This document shows positions 1 to 13,120 of a stretch of 64,000 nucleotides of DNA, piece by piece. Numbering within the stretch: position 1 is the first letter of the stretch; the number at the start of each line of letters is the position of its first letter. The notes beneath the pieces are model-generated. The model did no database searches and had not been told where the DNA came from. It saw only the letters and a list, made by a program, of their open reading frames with translations. The stretch is from Lama glama (taxonomy: Eukaryota): contig CM052818.1 in NCBI GenBank assembly GCA_028534125.1, positions 18,664,001 through 18,728,000 of the forward strand. Direction: 5' to 3'. Position numbers and translations under genes: made by a program.

Positions 1-64
1 AAAATCACTGAATTTTAGAGTTAGGCAGAAATGGGAAGTATTCTGTTCAATCAACCATACCAAC

Positions 65-330
65 AAACATTTATCAAGTACTTACTAGGTGCTCATGCTA
101 TGCTAAGGACTGCATGCATATAATCTCATTGAATCTTTACGGCCTCGTGAGGGGTCAATGCAATAATATGATAAAATATATAATTATATATTACAATATA
201 ATAATGTCATCTTTTTTTTTAGAAAAGGAACATAAGGCTCAGAGAGGTTAAGCTACTTGCCTAAAGTCACCTAGCCAGTTAGATGCAGACCTGAACTGTG
301 ACCAGGTCTGTCTGATCCCAAAGCCCCTGC
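65..330 (-). mobile_element. MIR SINE
   Basis: aaggctcagagaggttaagctacttgcctaaagtcac is the reverse MIR core. Confidence 0.8.
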
Positions 331-2036
331 TTGACAGTATCCACCACCCCAGAAGTCCCAAGAGATCCAACGAGTGGCTGGTGTCACCACTCCAGCCTTC
401 ACTAAGGAGAAAGTTCCAGGGCAGGAGCCTTCACTTCCTGGAGCCAGGAACTCTCTGAACGGGAGGACGCTGTTCTCACCTGAAAAGAGCTTGTTTCTCC
501 ACAAAGACCAGCTCAGGTGTCTGCCCCGGGACAGCAGGCTGTGGGGAAGACATACTCTGAGACAGCTGTTCTCAAGAACCATAACAGCTCAGGGGCAATT
601 TGGGTCAGTTCTGAGAGTGGCTTTCCTAACTCAGCCTGCCCTACTGTGTCCCTTCTCGACTGCATCATCTGGCCATCCCACCCTTAGTTGTGAACAGTTT
701 ATCAAACTTGCTGCCCAACACATTCATTGAGGTCCACCCTCTCTTCTGATGACAATCTTGGTACACTAATTCCCCAAACTCTGCATAGCTCCCTACATCT
801 GTCCTTCCTTCCATGTCATCCCCACCCTCCTCTATTCTCAAGGGTCTACTTCTGTTGTTCTTGGCAGTTTTCCTTTGCTTTTCTTCAGAAACCATTTAAA
901 TCAAGTAAATATGAAGTTCTACCTTTTTCTGCAGATCGTCAAAATCAGATTAGTGGCATTTGGTTGTTGAATCAGCATTCCAGGCGGTTGGCAGCTGCAG
1001 ACTCTGTCCCCACTTCAGCACGTCACCTTGGAGACCACTACCCTCTCGGGTGACCTCTAGGGTCTGGTTTCTCCATCTCTACCAGGTGCTGGGAGAGCAC
1101 TGGGGCTGAAGAGGTATTCAGCAGAGCTCAGGGAAGCACCACTGACACCTAGCAGTAGCCTCCCGCTCTCAGTCCCGCCCCAAGTGTCAGTGTTGAGCTC
1201 CCTCCTACTCAAGCCCCACGACTACATCTGGACCCTCAGCAACGCCCTCGCCTCTGCAGAGGGCTGAATTCAGTCCTTTATGCCTGTGACTTTTTTGCTG
1301 TACAGCAATGCTGCATAATCTAGAGAAAGAATGTCTTCATGTCAGTTTCTGTGTGGTTTCACTGGCTGCTCCCCAAATAAGGAGTTCTCCGACTCTTCCC
1401 AGTGCTGGACTCCAAATGCAACAGTGGAATTGGGCTGGAGCTGCATTTGGAAAAAAAAAGAAAAAGCCTCCCTCTTGTTTTGTGTGGCTGGAGGTCTGCC
1501 ACCTAGCTACCCTCCTTGCATTGTGAGATGTATATCCCAGAAACAGAGCCAAAGGCAGGGACAGCCCCGTGTGCAAAATGCATGGATGAAGAATTTTCTC
1601 AAAGGTTTGCTGTGGAAGTGTTTAAAATATCCTTCTAGAATGTTTCCCTTTAAAGGGAAAACTAAGAGCTTGAAACAGAAAGGAATCATAAGACAACACA
1701 AAACTCCAAGTGCAGAGAAAACCTTTGCAGAGCACACCCTCAGCTTAAGCTGCAGGAGAGGTGCCCACTGCGTGTACTGCGTGTACTACTAGCACATATG
1801 CTCTGCAGCCCATAATATTTAATCACAAACATGTGTGGCATTTATAGTTCAGCTATGTGACAGGAAATACCATTTGTAAAATATTAAACCACAGCAAAAC
1901 CTGTCCATGCCTTCCAATATTATCTATGCTGGTTCCCTCCTACACATGGCTGACGGCTGATGACTGTAAGGTTAAAACCTAAAAACCAAGGACCACACTT
2001 ATCACCCACAGTCCAGGACTGAGCATCACTCTGTAC

Positions 2037-2248
2037 TGGTGGTTCTCAACGAGAACCATCTAATTCCCCAGGGCACGGGTGGCAGTGTCTGGAGACACTC
2101 TCGGTTGTTACAACTGCAGGTAGGAGGATGCTACCGGCATTCAGTGAGTAGATGCTGCGGAACACCCTGTAATACACAGGCCGGCCCCACAGTAGAGAAT
2201 TCTCTGGCTGGCCCAACGGAGCAGGAGCGCCACGGTTGAGAAATCCTG
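2037..2248 (+). mobile_element. MER20-like hAT-Charlie DNA transposon
   Basis: Terminal inverted repeats gtggttctcaac ... gttgagaaatcctg, about 210 bp, internal gtctggagaca motif. Confidence 0.8.
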
Positions 2249-4094
2249 CTCTACATTGAGGTCAGAAAGCTGAGTGTGGGGAGCAGGGTGTCCACCCTCC
2301 TGCGTGTGTCTGCTTTGTGGACAGTGAATCAAGGCTTCAGTTTAGTGATTTGCCTGAAGTGGCCCAACCAGAAAAGGGCACTGTCAGAATCGAACCCCCA
2401 AATCTCATGCTCTTTCCACTACACCACACTGACAGCCCGAGCAAGAATCAGAATAGGAGAGAAGGCAATAAAGGAATATTTTTAAAAGGAGATTTGACAG
2501 GACACCAAATGGGATCTAGAAAACAAGGCAAAGCGCGAGTCTGGCACTTAGAAAAGAGAGACACAGGAGTGGCAGGAAGAGGAGCTGGGTTTACACATGT
2601 CTGTCAGGTCCGAGTATGTCTAAAGTGGAAATACCCAGCAAAGAGCTGGAGACACGAGACAGTCCCCAGAGAGAAAACCAGGGCCAGGCATGTAGAACTG
2701 GAAGTCTTCCTCCGCGAGGTGACATCCAGACACAGGAGAGAAAGGGAGAGGCCACATGGCGCCCAAAGCTGAGGACTGAGCCACTTTACAGGAAGAGGAA
2801 AAGAAACAGAGAAAGGAAGATATGCCTGAGAGGCCGAGGTAAAACCAGAAGGTGCAGGGATCCCTGCCTCAGGCAGAAAGAGTGTCCTGACGGAGCTTTG
2901 AAGAGCTGCAGAGGGCCAGACAATAGAGACAGATGGCCTTTGGATTTAGTGATTTGGTCACTGGTGATGGGGTGGGGGTGGAGTGCGGATGCTGGGGTCC
3001 CTGGGCAGGGCTGGGCTCAGCTCTCTGTACCTTGGCTACCCCACACCCTCCTCCCAGATCCCAGGTCTCTGTAGCTATGAGGTTGTACTGTTTCCCAGAA
3101 AGACTGATTTCTGGCAGCCCGAGTAACAGCCTGTCCCTTCATTACCCTACCTACTTCTGATCTGGGAGCACAAAAGTGCCCCAGGGCTTCCCACTCTCTG
3201 AAAAATCCAGCCCACCCCCTGGCCGGGGAAGGAGGCAGACAAGTGAGCCTTCGTGCAGGAGAGGGCCTGCAAACAAGGCCTGCTTTCAGGGCTGCCTTCT
3301 GGTATTTCTATCCCCGGAGGAGGGGGTCTCCAGTGGGAAGAGCACGGTGCTTGTGAGCAAGGGCATTATCTCCACAGGGGCCCGTGGAGCTGGGCTGGGG
3401 TTGGAGGCTCTGTGGTTATTAGATGGCAGCTCATGGGCTTGGATTCTGAATTCTCAAAGGAAACCACGAAAAAGATGTGGGATAAAGTTAGCTGAAGGGG
3501 GCTGGGCTCAGATCACACATCTTAAATATGCAAATCTCCTCTTTTCCCCTTCCCCACAGGCCCACAGGACCTCCTGAAGATAAGCAGAAAGTCCCCTGGA
3601 AGTTTAAAGAACTATCAGGAAGATCTTTGTCTGGACTTAAATATTTAGTGGTGGGGGGACCAAAATCAACCACTTTGCTATGAAAATTGGTCAAGTAATT
3701 TATCTTAATTACCATGTAATTGCTTCTAGTGTTTTGAGAGGAGGCGGTAGCTTAATGGCCCAGAAAGGCTATGTAACGCTTTAAAATGTGACTCCTTCCC
3801 ACAGCACTAATCACGCTGATTGCAGATCAGAACGGTACGGATGAGACGTTAAGGGCAACCATCTGCCAAAAGAGATGCAGGATCTCGACCCTTGGAGGCT
3901 GGGGTTTGGGGAATGTCTGCCAAATGTTCTGGTCCAAATTCTTGTCCCACACATCCCCTGCTCAGTCAGTTAGCAAATAGATTACTGTGCCTTCTAAGTG
4001 CTAGGTCCTGGGTGAAGCACCGTACAGACAACAGAAATGATTAAGACCTGAGTCACTGGTCATCTGGGAGGTGTGAAGAAGGGTTTAGAAGTTA

Positions 4095-4210
4095 GGGAGA
4101 TTTGGAATCCCAGTCCTGCCACTGACTACCTGTGTGACCTGGGGCAAGTTACTTTAATTCCCTGAGCCTCAGTTTCCTCAGGTTTGAAACAGGATAATAA
4201 TAGTTAATAT
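4095..4210 (+). mobile_element. MIR SINE
   Basis: Core ctgtgtgacctggggcaagttactt...ctgagcctcagtttcctc. Confidence 0.85.
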
Positions 4211-4218
4211 TTAGGGTG

Positions 4219-4594
4219 TGTTCGGGGCTGAATTTTATCCCCACAAAATTCATTCTTAACCCCCAGTACCTCCAAATATGACTATATTTGGAGATGGGGC
4301 CTTTACAAAGGTGATTAAGTTAAAATGAGGCCGTTAAGGTTAGCCCTGAGGCAATCTGGATGGGGTCTTTTCAAGAAGAAATTAGGACCCACACAACAGG
4401 GATTTGAACAAACAATGAAAAAGTCATGTGAGGACACAGAGAGAAGGTGGCCATCCATAAGCAAGGGAGAAACCCAACCTGCCAACACCTCGATCTTGGA
4501 CTTCCAGCCTCTGGAGCTGTGAGAGACACATTTCTGTTGTTGACGCCACCCAGTCTGTAGTGCCCTGTTATGGCAGCCGGAATGAACTAAGACA
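4219..4594 (+). mobile_element. MaLR solo LTR (MLT1A/B-like) next to or within a MIR
   Basis: Diagnostic gtgattaagttaaaatgagg, cttggacttccagcct and actaagaca end; flanks gggtg/gggtt. Confidence 0.85.
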
Positions 4595-4695
4595 GGGTTC
4601 TGGCACATACTGAATAAAGTAACGTGTATAAAATGGTAGGTGTGTGGGGGAGACCATAAGGAGAGGCTGTTATTACTGTCGATTCCTGCTCCCAA

Positions 4696-5320
4696 TGCAA
4701 CCGAGCAGGACCCTTTGGAGCCTTCCCCAGACAGACCCCTCCCCCCATGTCTTCTGTCTGCCTCTTCGTAGAAAAGCTGTAGTCTCCCCCAAGTCAAAAA
4801 GCCTGATTAAAAGGATGTGAACAGGTAGTGACAAAAGTAGCAACTGGGCCAGAACTGGTGACAATTTAAACAGTAAATCAGCCATATGGCAGTCACAAAA
4901 TCGCTAGTGACTGAAATACCTGGATAACTGTATGTGATGCACATTTCCTGAGTTGTTTTACAGATGCTAAATTGCCACCCCCACCATGGAAGAAGTTAAC
5001 TACTTGATAACCACAGCCCCCAGACCGACTGGAGCCTGAGAAGTGATAATGTTAACTCCTGTGACACTACCCTGTTACCTCACCATCAACCAGTCAGAGA
5101 ATTGTGAACAAGGTGATCACACATAGTGCAACTCTCCTTCCTCACCTGGCCTTTAAAAATGCTTCCCTGAAACCCATCAAGGAGTTTGGGTCTTTGGAGC
5201 ATTAGCTGCCCATTCTCCTTGTATGGCCCTTGCAATAAACCTTTCTCCACTCCAAACTCCGACGTTTTGGTTTGTTTGGCTTCACTGTGCGTCAAACACA
5301 CAAAGTTGGGTTCAACGACA
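4696..5320 (+). mobile_element. Solo ERV LTR (ERV1-like, 625 bp)
   Basis: TG...CA termini, near-identical 4-bp flanks (ccaa/ctaa), TATA-like tttaaaaa ~5152, AATAAA at 5234-39. Confidence 0.8.
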
Positions 5321-5922
5321 CTAAGGTGTTTATAACCTGGCAGGAAAGAGAAGAGAAAGCGACAAATGACAGGCAGAATATGCCCACCCTCCTGCACTGA
5401 TGTGCACTGGGAGGGTCGGAGAGGACAGCCCTAGCTCAGGGCAGGAGGCTTCCTCGGGAGGGGGCATCTGCTTAGGCAGAGACACGGGGCAGCAGCTGAG
5501 GCATTAGTGATCATACCCTCTGCCATGTTTCTGTGCATCTGGGTCACGTGCCAGTTGACACCAGCATAAGGGAATTTCTCCTGCCTGACTTCATCCATTC
5601 CACTGAGAAGACACAAATCCAGTTATACGCATGCTGATCATCGCTATGGCAGTTCTCTTCTCTGGCTGCCCAAACTGAGCCACAAGCCACGGAGATGACC
5701 TCAGAGGTGATCAGGGCTGTGTGTGTTCTCCAAATCAAATGCATTTTGGTTTATCTGTGTCTGTCCAAGGCTGTTGCTGACCACCAAGCTCACCTAGCAA
5801 TGTCCACATCAGTGGGAATACAGAGGCAGGAAGCACTGACTTACGGAGAACACAAGCATGTTTGCTTCGATTCTCGCCACTGCCAGGAGCTCCGTGAATG
5901 TTCACGCGTATAAATGTGCAAC

Positions 5923-6001
5923 CAAAACTGACAAAACATTGTAAAAACGACTATACTTCAATAAAAAATAAAAATAAGAAAATAATAATAATAAAAGAAA
6001 A
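5923..6001 (+). mobile_element. Extremely 5'-truncated L1 3' tail
   Basis: L1 terminal motif ...gactatacttcaataaaaa plus A-rich tail; 13-bp TSD ataaatgtgcaac (5910-22 / 6002-14). Confidence 0.8.
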
Positions 6002-6064
6002 ATAAATGTGCAACAACTTGAGCAATTCCAAGAATAGGGAAAGATTTAAAACATCATTCATTAG

Positions 6065-6230
6065 TAGAGCACAGGGAACTATATTCAATACCTTGTAGCC
6101 TATAATGAAAAAGAACACGAAAAGGAATATACGTGTGTATATGTATGACTGAAACATGTTGTACACCAGAAATGGATGCAACACTGTAAACTGACAACAC
6201 TTCAATAAAAAAAGAAACAAAATAAAAAAC
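6065..6230 (+). mobile_element. L1 3' end fragment
   Basis: agcacagggaactatattcaataccttgta...tgtacaccagaaa...caataaaaa, typical of cetartiodactyl L1 3' UTRs. Confidence 0.85.
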
Positions 6231-6600
6231 AATAATCATGCATTAAGGTACTAAATATAAACCAAGTATAGGTCAACATTTACTTGGGCTCTTAGTCTCA
6301 AAGGCAGATATCACACACAAAAATAATATTTGTGTCTCTAAATTCACAGGGAATGTGTACAAAATATTTTTGAATTTAATCACATTTTGAAGGTCATTAA
6401 AGTCTTCACGAAGAAGAATTTTGCACTTAGATCAAAATCTGATTAGAAACATGTAAACGGATGCAAATGAATGGATTTGTCGACATTCTCAGCAACGGGT
6501 GCTAGTGTATATTTCAACTTTGGGAATGTCTAAGTCTCAGCCTGGGGCACTCGAGCCTGTGGCAGAGTGGCATCCTTCCTTCTGACTTTGAGCCCTCATT

Positions 6601-6849
6601 TTTTTTTTTAATTTTGTTTAGTTATAGTCAGTTTATTTACAATGTTGTGTCAATTTCTGGTGTACAGCACAATTTTTCAGTCATATATGAATATACGTAT
6701 ATTCATTTTCATATTCTTTTTCACTGTGAGCTACTACAAGATCTTGTATATATTTCCCTGTGCTATACAGTATAAACTTGTTTATCTATTCTATATATAC
6801 CTGTCAGTATCTACAAATCTCAAACTTCCAGTCTGTCCCTTCCCACCCA
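6601..6849 (-). mobile_element. L1 3' end fragment
   Basis: Poly-T then the reverse L1 3' UTR; flanking cctcatt repeat. Confidence 0.85.
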
Positions 6850-7329
6850 CCTCATTCAAATGAGTAACTTCCAGCCTCCCCACAAAGCACTCTGTGTGCC
6901 TCTGAATAGCCCTGCCCAGCGAGGCCCATGTGCCCCTAAAAGAGCCAGTCCAGCACAGCAGGGGCTCACCCAGACTCTAAGGTGCTGGTGGCCTCCACTG
7001 TACACCACCCTAGGCTCTTCTGTCTTGCCACACCCATCTCTCCACCAGACCTTCATACCACCGCTCACAGCACACAGAGGTCTGTGGTGGGAGGTCCCCA
7101 CAGCTGTCTGCCCTGCCTGGGAGCCAGGACACCAGTGTTTGGGAGGTTTTTTTCCCAACTCTGCTTCTCTCTGGCTCTGTAAAAACAAGTCACTGCTATG
7201 AAGTGGTTTCCAAGGGCCCTTCAAACTCTTAACAATCTTTGAAGATGAATTCTCCCCAAAAGGGGTCTGCAGAGATCTGTGCCTCCCTGAAGACCCCTTC
7301 CTACTTAAACACTTCAGGGCTCCTGCAAC

Positions 7330-7775
7330 CATGCTTCAGGCTGGAAGTTTTCCAAAGATGGTCACAGCAATATCGCCTATCTAATGCCCTTCTTTCTGAA
7401 AGGTCACCTTGTCCCTCTCGCACTGAGAAGGGGGCTCTATTTCCCCTCATTTGAATCTAGGGGTGGGCCTTTTACTCTTCTAACCAATACAATGTGGCAG
7501 AAGGGACATTGTGACAATTCTGGGCCTGAGCTGACCCAGAAGCTGCCAATTCCTGCTTGCTGGAGGCCAGAGCCACCACATAAGAACCTGGCCATGGAGG
7601 GGCCACACTGAGGCACCATCTGGGACATCCAGCCACTTGAACTTTCAGTGACTAGGCCCCAGTTACCATCTGACCACAGTGACATGAGAGACCCTAATCA
7701 AGAACCACCCAGCTGAGCCCAGTCAATCCATGAACCAAAACAGGGAATATGAAATTGTGGTTTTAAGCCTCTACA
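7330..7775 (+). mobile_element. Old MaLR LTR (MLT1 family)
   Basis: caaagatggtcac..., aagaaccacccagctgagcccagtcaa, gttttaagcc motifs. Confidence 0.7.
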
Positions 7776-8196
7776 GCTTTTTGTGGTAAAATATACATAA
7801 ACATAAAATTTACCCTTTTAACCCTTTCTAAGTGTACAGTTCTGAGCAGTAAGTATAGTCACATTGATGTGAAGCCACCATCCATCTGCAGAACTTTTTC
7901 ATCTTCCCAAACTGAAACTCTGTATCCATTAAACACTAACTCCCCATGCCCCCACCCCAGCCCCTGGCAACCTCTGTTCTATTTTCTGCCTCTGTGAATC
8001 TGATGATTCTATGTACCTCCTGTAAGTGGAATCATACAGAATTTGTCCTTTTGTGACTGGCTTTTTTCACTTTACATTATGCCTTCAAGGTTTATCCATG
8101 TTGAAACATGTGCCACAATTTCTTTCCTTTTTAAGGCTGAAAAACACTCCAGTGTCTGTGTATACCATGTTCTATTTATCCATTCATCCATCCATG
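7776..8196 (-). mobile_element. Old L1 (L1M-type) 3' end
   Basis: gtggtaaaatatacataa...aagtggaatcatacag...tttgtgactggctt motifs. Confidence 0.8.
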
Positions 8197-11100
8197 TAAA
8201 CCTCTACACTTTGGAGTGGTTTTCTGCAGCAAAAGATCATTGGAGCAAAAACAATGCAGCCCGAGGGCAGCAGAGCCAGGCTCCCAAGGCAGACGTCGGG
8301 GCCTGGAGAGTGTGGTAGGAACACAGAGCACCAGGGCACCAGCCCCCAGAGCAGATGACTGGCCAGGAATCCAGGATGGAGTTCCCAACAGCACTTGTCA
8401 CAGCGGGCTGGGTATCTCCTGGGGGCTCCATTCTAGGCTGGAAGCACCCACCCCCCAGGGCAGGACCTGATTCATGGCTGGGTACCCTGCCCTGGCACTC
8501 GCTAACAGGCCCAATAAATGGTTGGTGAATGAGTGAAAAATGTACTTGACACTGAAGCCAGGTTCTGACTCACTCTAAAGTTTCTCACATTGAGGGCAAG
8601 AACTATGCCAAGGAAAATGCAGGAGAACAGCTACTTCTGACTGAAAAGGAAAGGGGTAGGGGGTGGGGAGAAGCAGAAAGACATTCTGACGGGATAATTC
8701 ACAGCAGGCCCGGGCTTCCCAGGAAGCTCAGTCTCCATCGAAGCACCCATCCCAACCTAGGGACGGGCAGGGCCTTCACCATCCAGAGGTGAGGAGGCCC
8801 TATTAGGAAGGTGTGCCAGGCATGAGGCCAAGTCAACAGGACGAAGCCCCTCAGGGATCAGTCCTGCTCAGGGCAGTAGAGCCTCATGTGCCCATTAAAG
8901 GGGCAGGGGCAGGGCTCAGAGGGGCTCAGCCCATGCTCACTGTCCAGGCTGTGGGGGTGGGGCAGGGAACTGGGCTGTGAGCTGAGTTGCATTTTTGAGC
9001 CCTGGGAGCTTTGGGACAGCAATCTTCCTTCACTGCAGGGAGACCCAGGGTGGTTGCACAATGACTCCAGCCCCCTCACCATAACCACTTTGCCAAGGGA
9101 ACAGGCCCATTCTTCCTGAGGCACTGCTCCACCTGGCCACTTAACAGGGCGCCTGCCACAGGCCACGATGCACTGGACCATGGACATAAACACCAAATCT
9201 AAGAAGAGGACTTGTACCTGGTTGACTTAAAGAGCAAGTGCCACCTCTACAAATGCCCACTTGCGGGTTAGCAAAAAGGGCTCAAATCGCATTTCAACTC
9301 TGCATTTAGGTTTGCCAGCCTCTAAAGATAAAGTGAAACCGTGGGTAATAACCACAAAGGTGTTTTTCTTATTTCTCTTCAAAGCATACATATACCTCAA
9401 AGTTTGGAAACTGCTCACCATGTGGAAAGCAGTTATAAGTACCAGTAAAAGGACTCAGAAAACATGGGCTTGGGAGTTGGCACAGCTTCGAAGTAACTGC
9501 GGGCAATTTGAGCAAACCAATTACCCTCTTTGGGTCTCAGTTTCCTGATCCACAAATGGAGGAAAATACTATGTATCCCCATGGCTTGTTTAGGTACATT
9601 AATAAGAATAAATGTAAATGAGACATGTAGAAATAGATATGTAGACAGATACAGACACAGATATAGACATGAACATGGTTACAGACACAGACACATATGT
9701 GAGGTCCTCATATGAAAAACCGTAACTATGTTAGAGGTTTACTTATGTCCAGTGGGGCTTGCTGATACCTGCTGAATAAATGGTCGAATAAGACAAGATT
9801 ATGACAAGCCTCACATTTGGTGCAAGCGGGTCCATTGTCACACTTCAGAACCCTCAGCTAGTGTACCTACCAGATCCAAGAAGGCCAACTGTCTCCCCAG
9901 GAGGCCAAGCCCTACTCCCCATGTCTTAACAACAGACACCCCAGCCTGCATGCTTCCTCCCAGCAGGCCTTCTATTCTCCCCGCCACTCGGATGGAGTTA
10001 ATCTCCATGGCCTGATCTCCATGGCCAGAGCCTGCCTCTTGTCCCTGCCCCAGACCCCCCCTCCAAACATAACATGAGGCCCCTTCTTGGGCCAACTGCC
10101 AAACCCAGAACCCAAGGTTTGCCCCCAACGGTCTCCACTGCCTTTGGTACCAGATGGAAACAGCTGATTCCCTTTCCCTGGTTTTGCAGAAGCACAACCA
10201 CATGGCAGATTTGTGGCTCGGGAGCCAGCGTGTCTGCTCAGGACCTCCTCCTCACACCTCAGGCCTGGACTCCACCTGTGACCTTCACCTGCAGAATGAG
10301 GCTCACGTGGGGTCCTCCACCTCAAGGGGCTTTGGGGAGCACCACATAAGGTGAAAGACTTGTACGTTTCTTTGAAACATACAAAGCTGTCCATAAGTTC
10401 TTTAGCCTTTGTCATTCTTGTTAGTTTATTTCTGTGTGTTCTCTAAGTCTCTAGAAGGATTGGTCCCTGGGTAAATTCTTTTGGTACAGTGACCACACAC
10501 ACAGAGAAAAGCTCGATGCTCTTTGTGATTCCAGTGCTATGCCTGGAGCGTGATCTCCGGGACAGAGATGGGGACGGAAGTCAGGAAACCCAGTCCCAGC
10601 CTCTTTAGCTCTGCCAGTAAATTAAGTGCATCACTTAACCAATCTGGGCATTTTTCTTCACATGCACAATGGAGCTGACAAGCCACCCACATTCCTATTC
10701 ACCAGGATACCAGGAGGGCAAAGAACTTGAAAAGAAAAACACTGCACAAGTAGAAATGTCACAGTTATCAGTGGGCATAGAGAGTTGAGAAAGAAAAGAT
10801 GAAAAAGAAAAAAGAAAGGGGAAAAGAAACACAAGACAGAAAGCATTTGGAGTGAAATGGGAGGCTCTTGAGAAGGTGGGGATGAATGCCATGGAAGTTC
10901 CCGGGATGGAGAGTCTCCCCCAGGCCTGAGAGTCAGTGTCTAGATGAGAAGATTTATCACAGGGACATCTGAAATCCCCTCTCAGGTGGCAGGAAATGAA
11001 GTCCGTACACCACCCGAGGTGGCACAGGACACACCAGAATTGCTGTTAGTACTGTTATAGCTCAGCACAGAGTGAGAAGATAGGTGAGAAATTGAGGTCC

Positions 11101-12299
11101 ACTACCTGCAACAACTGTGCAATGTCCCTGGAGAGGCCCTGGCCGCTGGCACATGAGCTCCAACCTACGTGCTCCCCTTTAAGGGGGACTTTCAAAAAAT
11201 GAAAGAGTTCCCAAAGGCTGGTCACCTGCTAATCACGGTGGGGTGTGCTGAGCCCACATCACAGAAATCTGGTTATGAAATCTGGAAGTGTTTCTCGCAA
11301 CAAGATTTGGGGGAGGCATGCGAAGCAAACGCTCTCTTAGAAAAAGACTTCAAACATCCTCCAGTCCGACCTTCACATGAGGAATGTCTAACACCACGTA
11401 GGGAACAATGCAGCTACCGCAAGAACTCCGGCAGTAATGGAGACCTTGTGACTCTATAAGTGAGCTCATCTCATTATCATTTGGACAGAATTAAACTCTT
11501 CTCCCTCCCGTTAACCCCAAATTAACCTCCTCCCGGCTTCCATCTACGCTCTGGGGGGAGGTGGGAAGGGACACAGACTAAGTCTAAATATTTTTTCACC
11601 CACTCATTCGTCAGACAACTGAAGACAGCCAGTCTTGATGACTTGTGCTAGGTCTTCTCATAGACTCTCCTGAGAGGGGCACATTTTCAGGATGCCCCTG
11701 AAAACACACCAGCCCCTTTCTGTGCTTCTTTCCTGGTTATCTCTGGCCAGCTTTGACCTCAGACTGCCATCAGATGCTGACGACTGCCCCTGCCTTACTC
11801 AGGGCATCCCATCCTGGCCAGGACCCCTAGCTCTGTGTTTGCTTTACAACTTGGCCTTGGCCTTTGGCCATAGTTTGAGTAAACTCTGGCCCATTTCGTG
11901 GTCTCAGTTTTGTTGCTCTGCCCAGTACCCAGGGCTCGTCATGAACGTGATCCATGATGAAGTCAAGAAATGTGAGTCCTAAATTCATGGCACTTAATGG
12001 AAAGCAGCTGGGTGTTTGACTTTAACCCTTCTGATAAAGACTGAATCTAGAATGTTCAATAGGCATTAAATATCTTTTCTAACACTTCATGTGACAGATG
12101 AGGAAACAGAGGTCCAACGAGGTAAGTCGTCCACTCAGGTTAACATGGCCAAGAAGATGAACATGAACTCTAATCTTTGGTTTTCCAGGCCCACATTCTT
12201 TCTACTGCAGTTGAGAGGAAGTGAGGCTCCATTGTGGCTCTCAGAACATTTTGGAGTAAATCTTCAGTAGTGTGTGTGTATGTGTGAGTTCATTCTTTC

Positions 12300-13120
12300 T
12301 TTGACTCAAAAGACATTCACAAGCACATACTATGTGCTTTGTAAATACCCCAGTAAGATTTGGAGTAAGCTTCCATAGGGATCTACACCTTGGTGTGCAC
12401 GCACATGCAGAATTAGTTCATTCTTTCACACATGCTCACATTCACTCAACAACATGATAACACCCTTAACACTAAACTGTGCAGTGGCACAAGTGAAAAA
12501 CAGTCATAGTCCCTTACCCTAGGGCAGTGTCCATGTAGCAGGGACAATTCTCAAATGTTATATCAATGTAATAAAGCCCAGTGCAGGGTATTGTGGTACT
12601 TAATTAAGCCAGATGGTTAATTAAGATTGGTGCCAGTGATGGTAGTAGTGTCCATAATTGTGCGAGGAGGACTAAAGCTGCTGATCCTGATGGTTTGAAA
12701 AAGCCTTAGGAAGAGCAGACTTCTGAGTGGCATTCTGAAGGCTGACAAGAATTGATCAGGCAGGACAGAGTGGAGAGAGCTGGGTGTGGGTGCAAAGACA
12801 GGGAGGCAGGAGAGAATCTGATTCTGCAGGTAGATGGGCATGGCTGGAGCCAGGAGTTAACATGGGTGATACACTAAGAGAGGCAGACAGGTGGGTAAGG
12901 TACAGAAGCCCTTCTGCATCGTGCTAAGGAATGTAATTTTATCCTAAAGGCAATAGGATTCAGTGAAAGAATTTAGAGAGAGCGTAAATAGGAGCAGATA
13001 AGAATTTTAGAAATAAAGTTCTTACAGTAGAGGATGGACTGGATGGTAGTGAGGCCAGAGGCAGGGAAACCAGATAGTAAGCTATGGCAGGAACCCAGGA
13101 AAGAAACGAGAGTTGACCTG
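12300..13120. mobile_element. L2 LINE remnant (approximate)
   Basis: Degenerate L2-like motifs (cattcactcaac, ttttatcctaaaggcaatagga, gaggcagggaaaccag). Confidence 0.55.

Noticed and set aside
470..495. Recursive-splice-like motif on the minus strand (ctcttttcag|gtgaga) in the long intron
   Set aside because: Short pyrimidine tract; one such motif in 26 kb is expected by chance and cannot be supported without RNA data.
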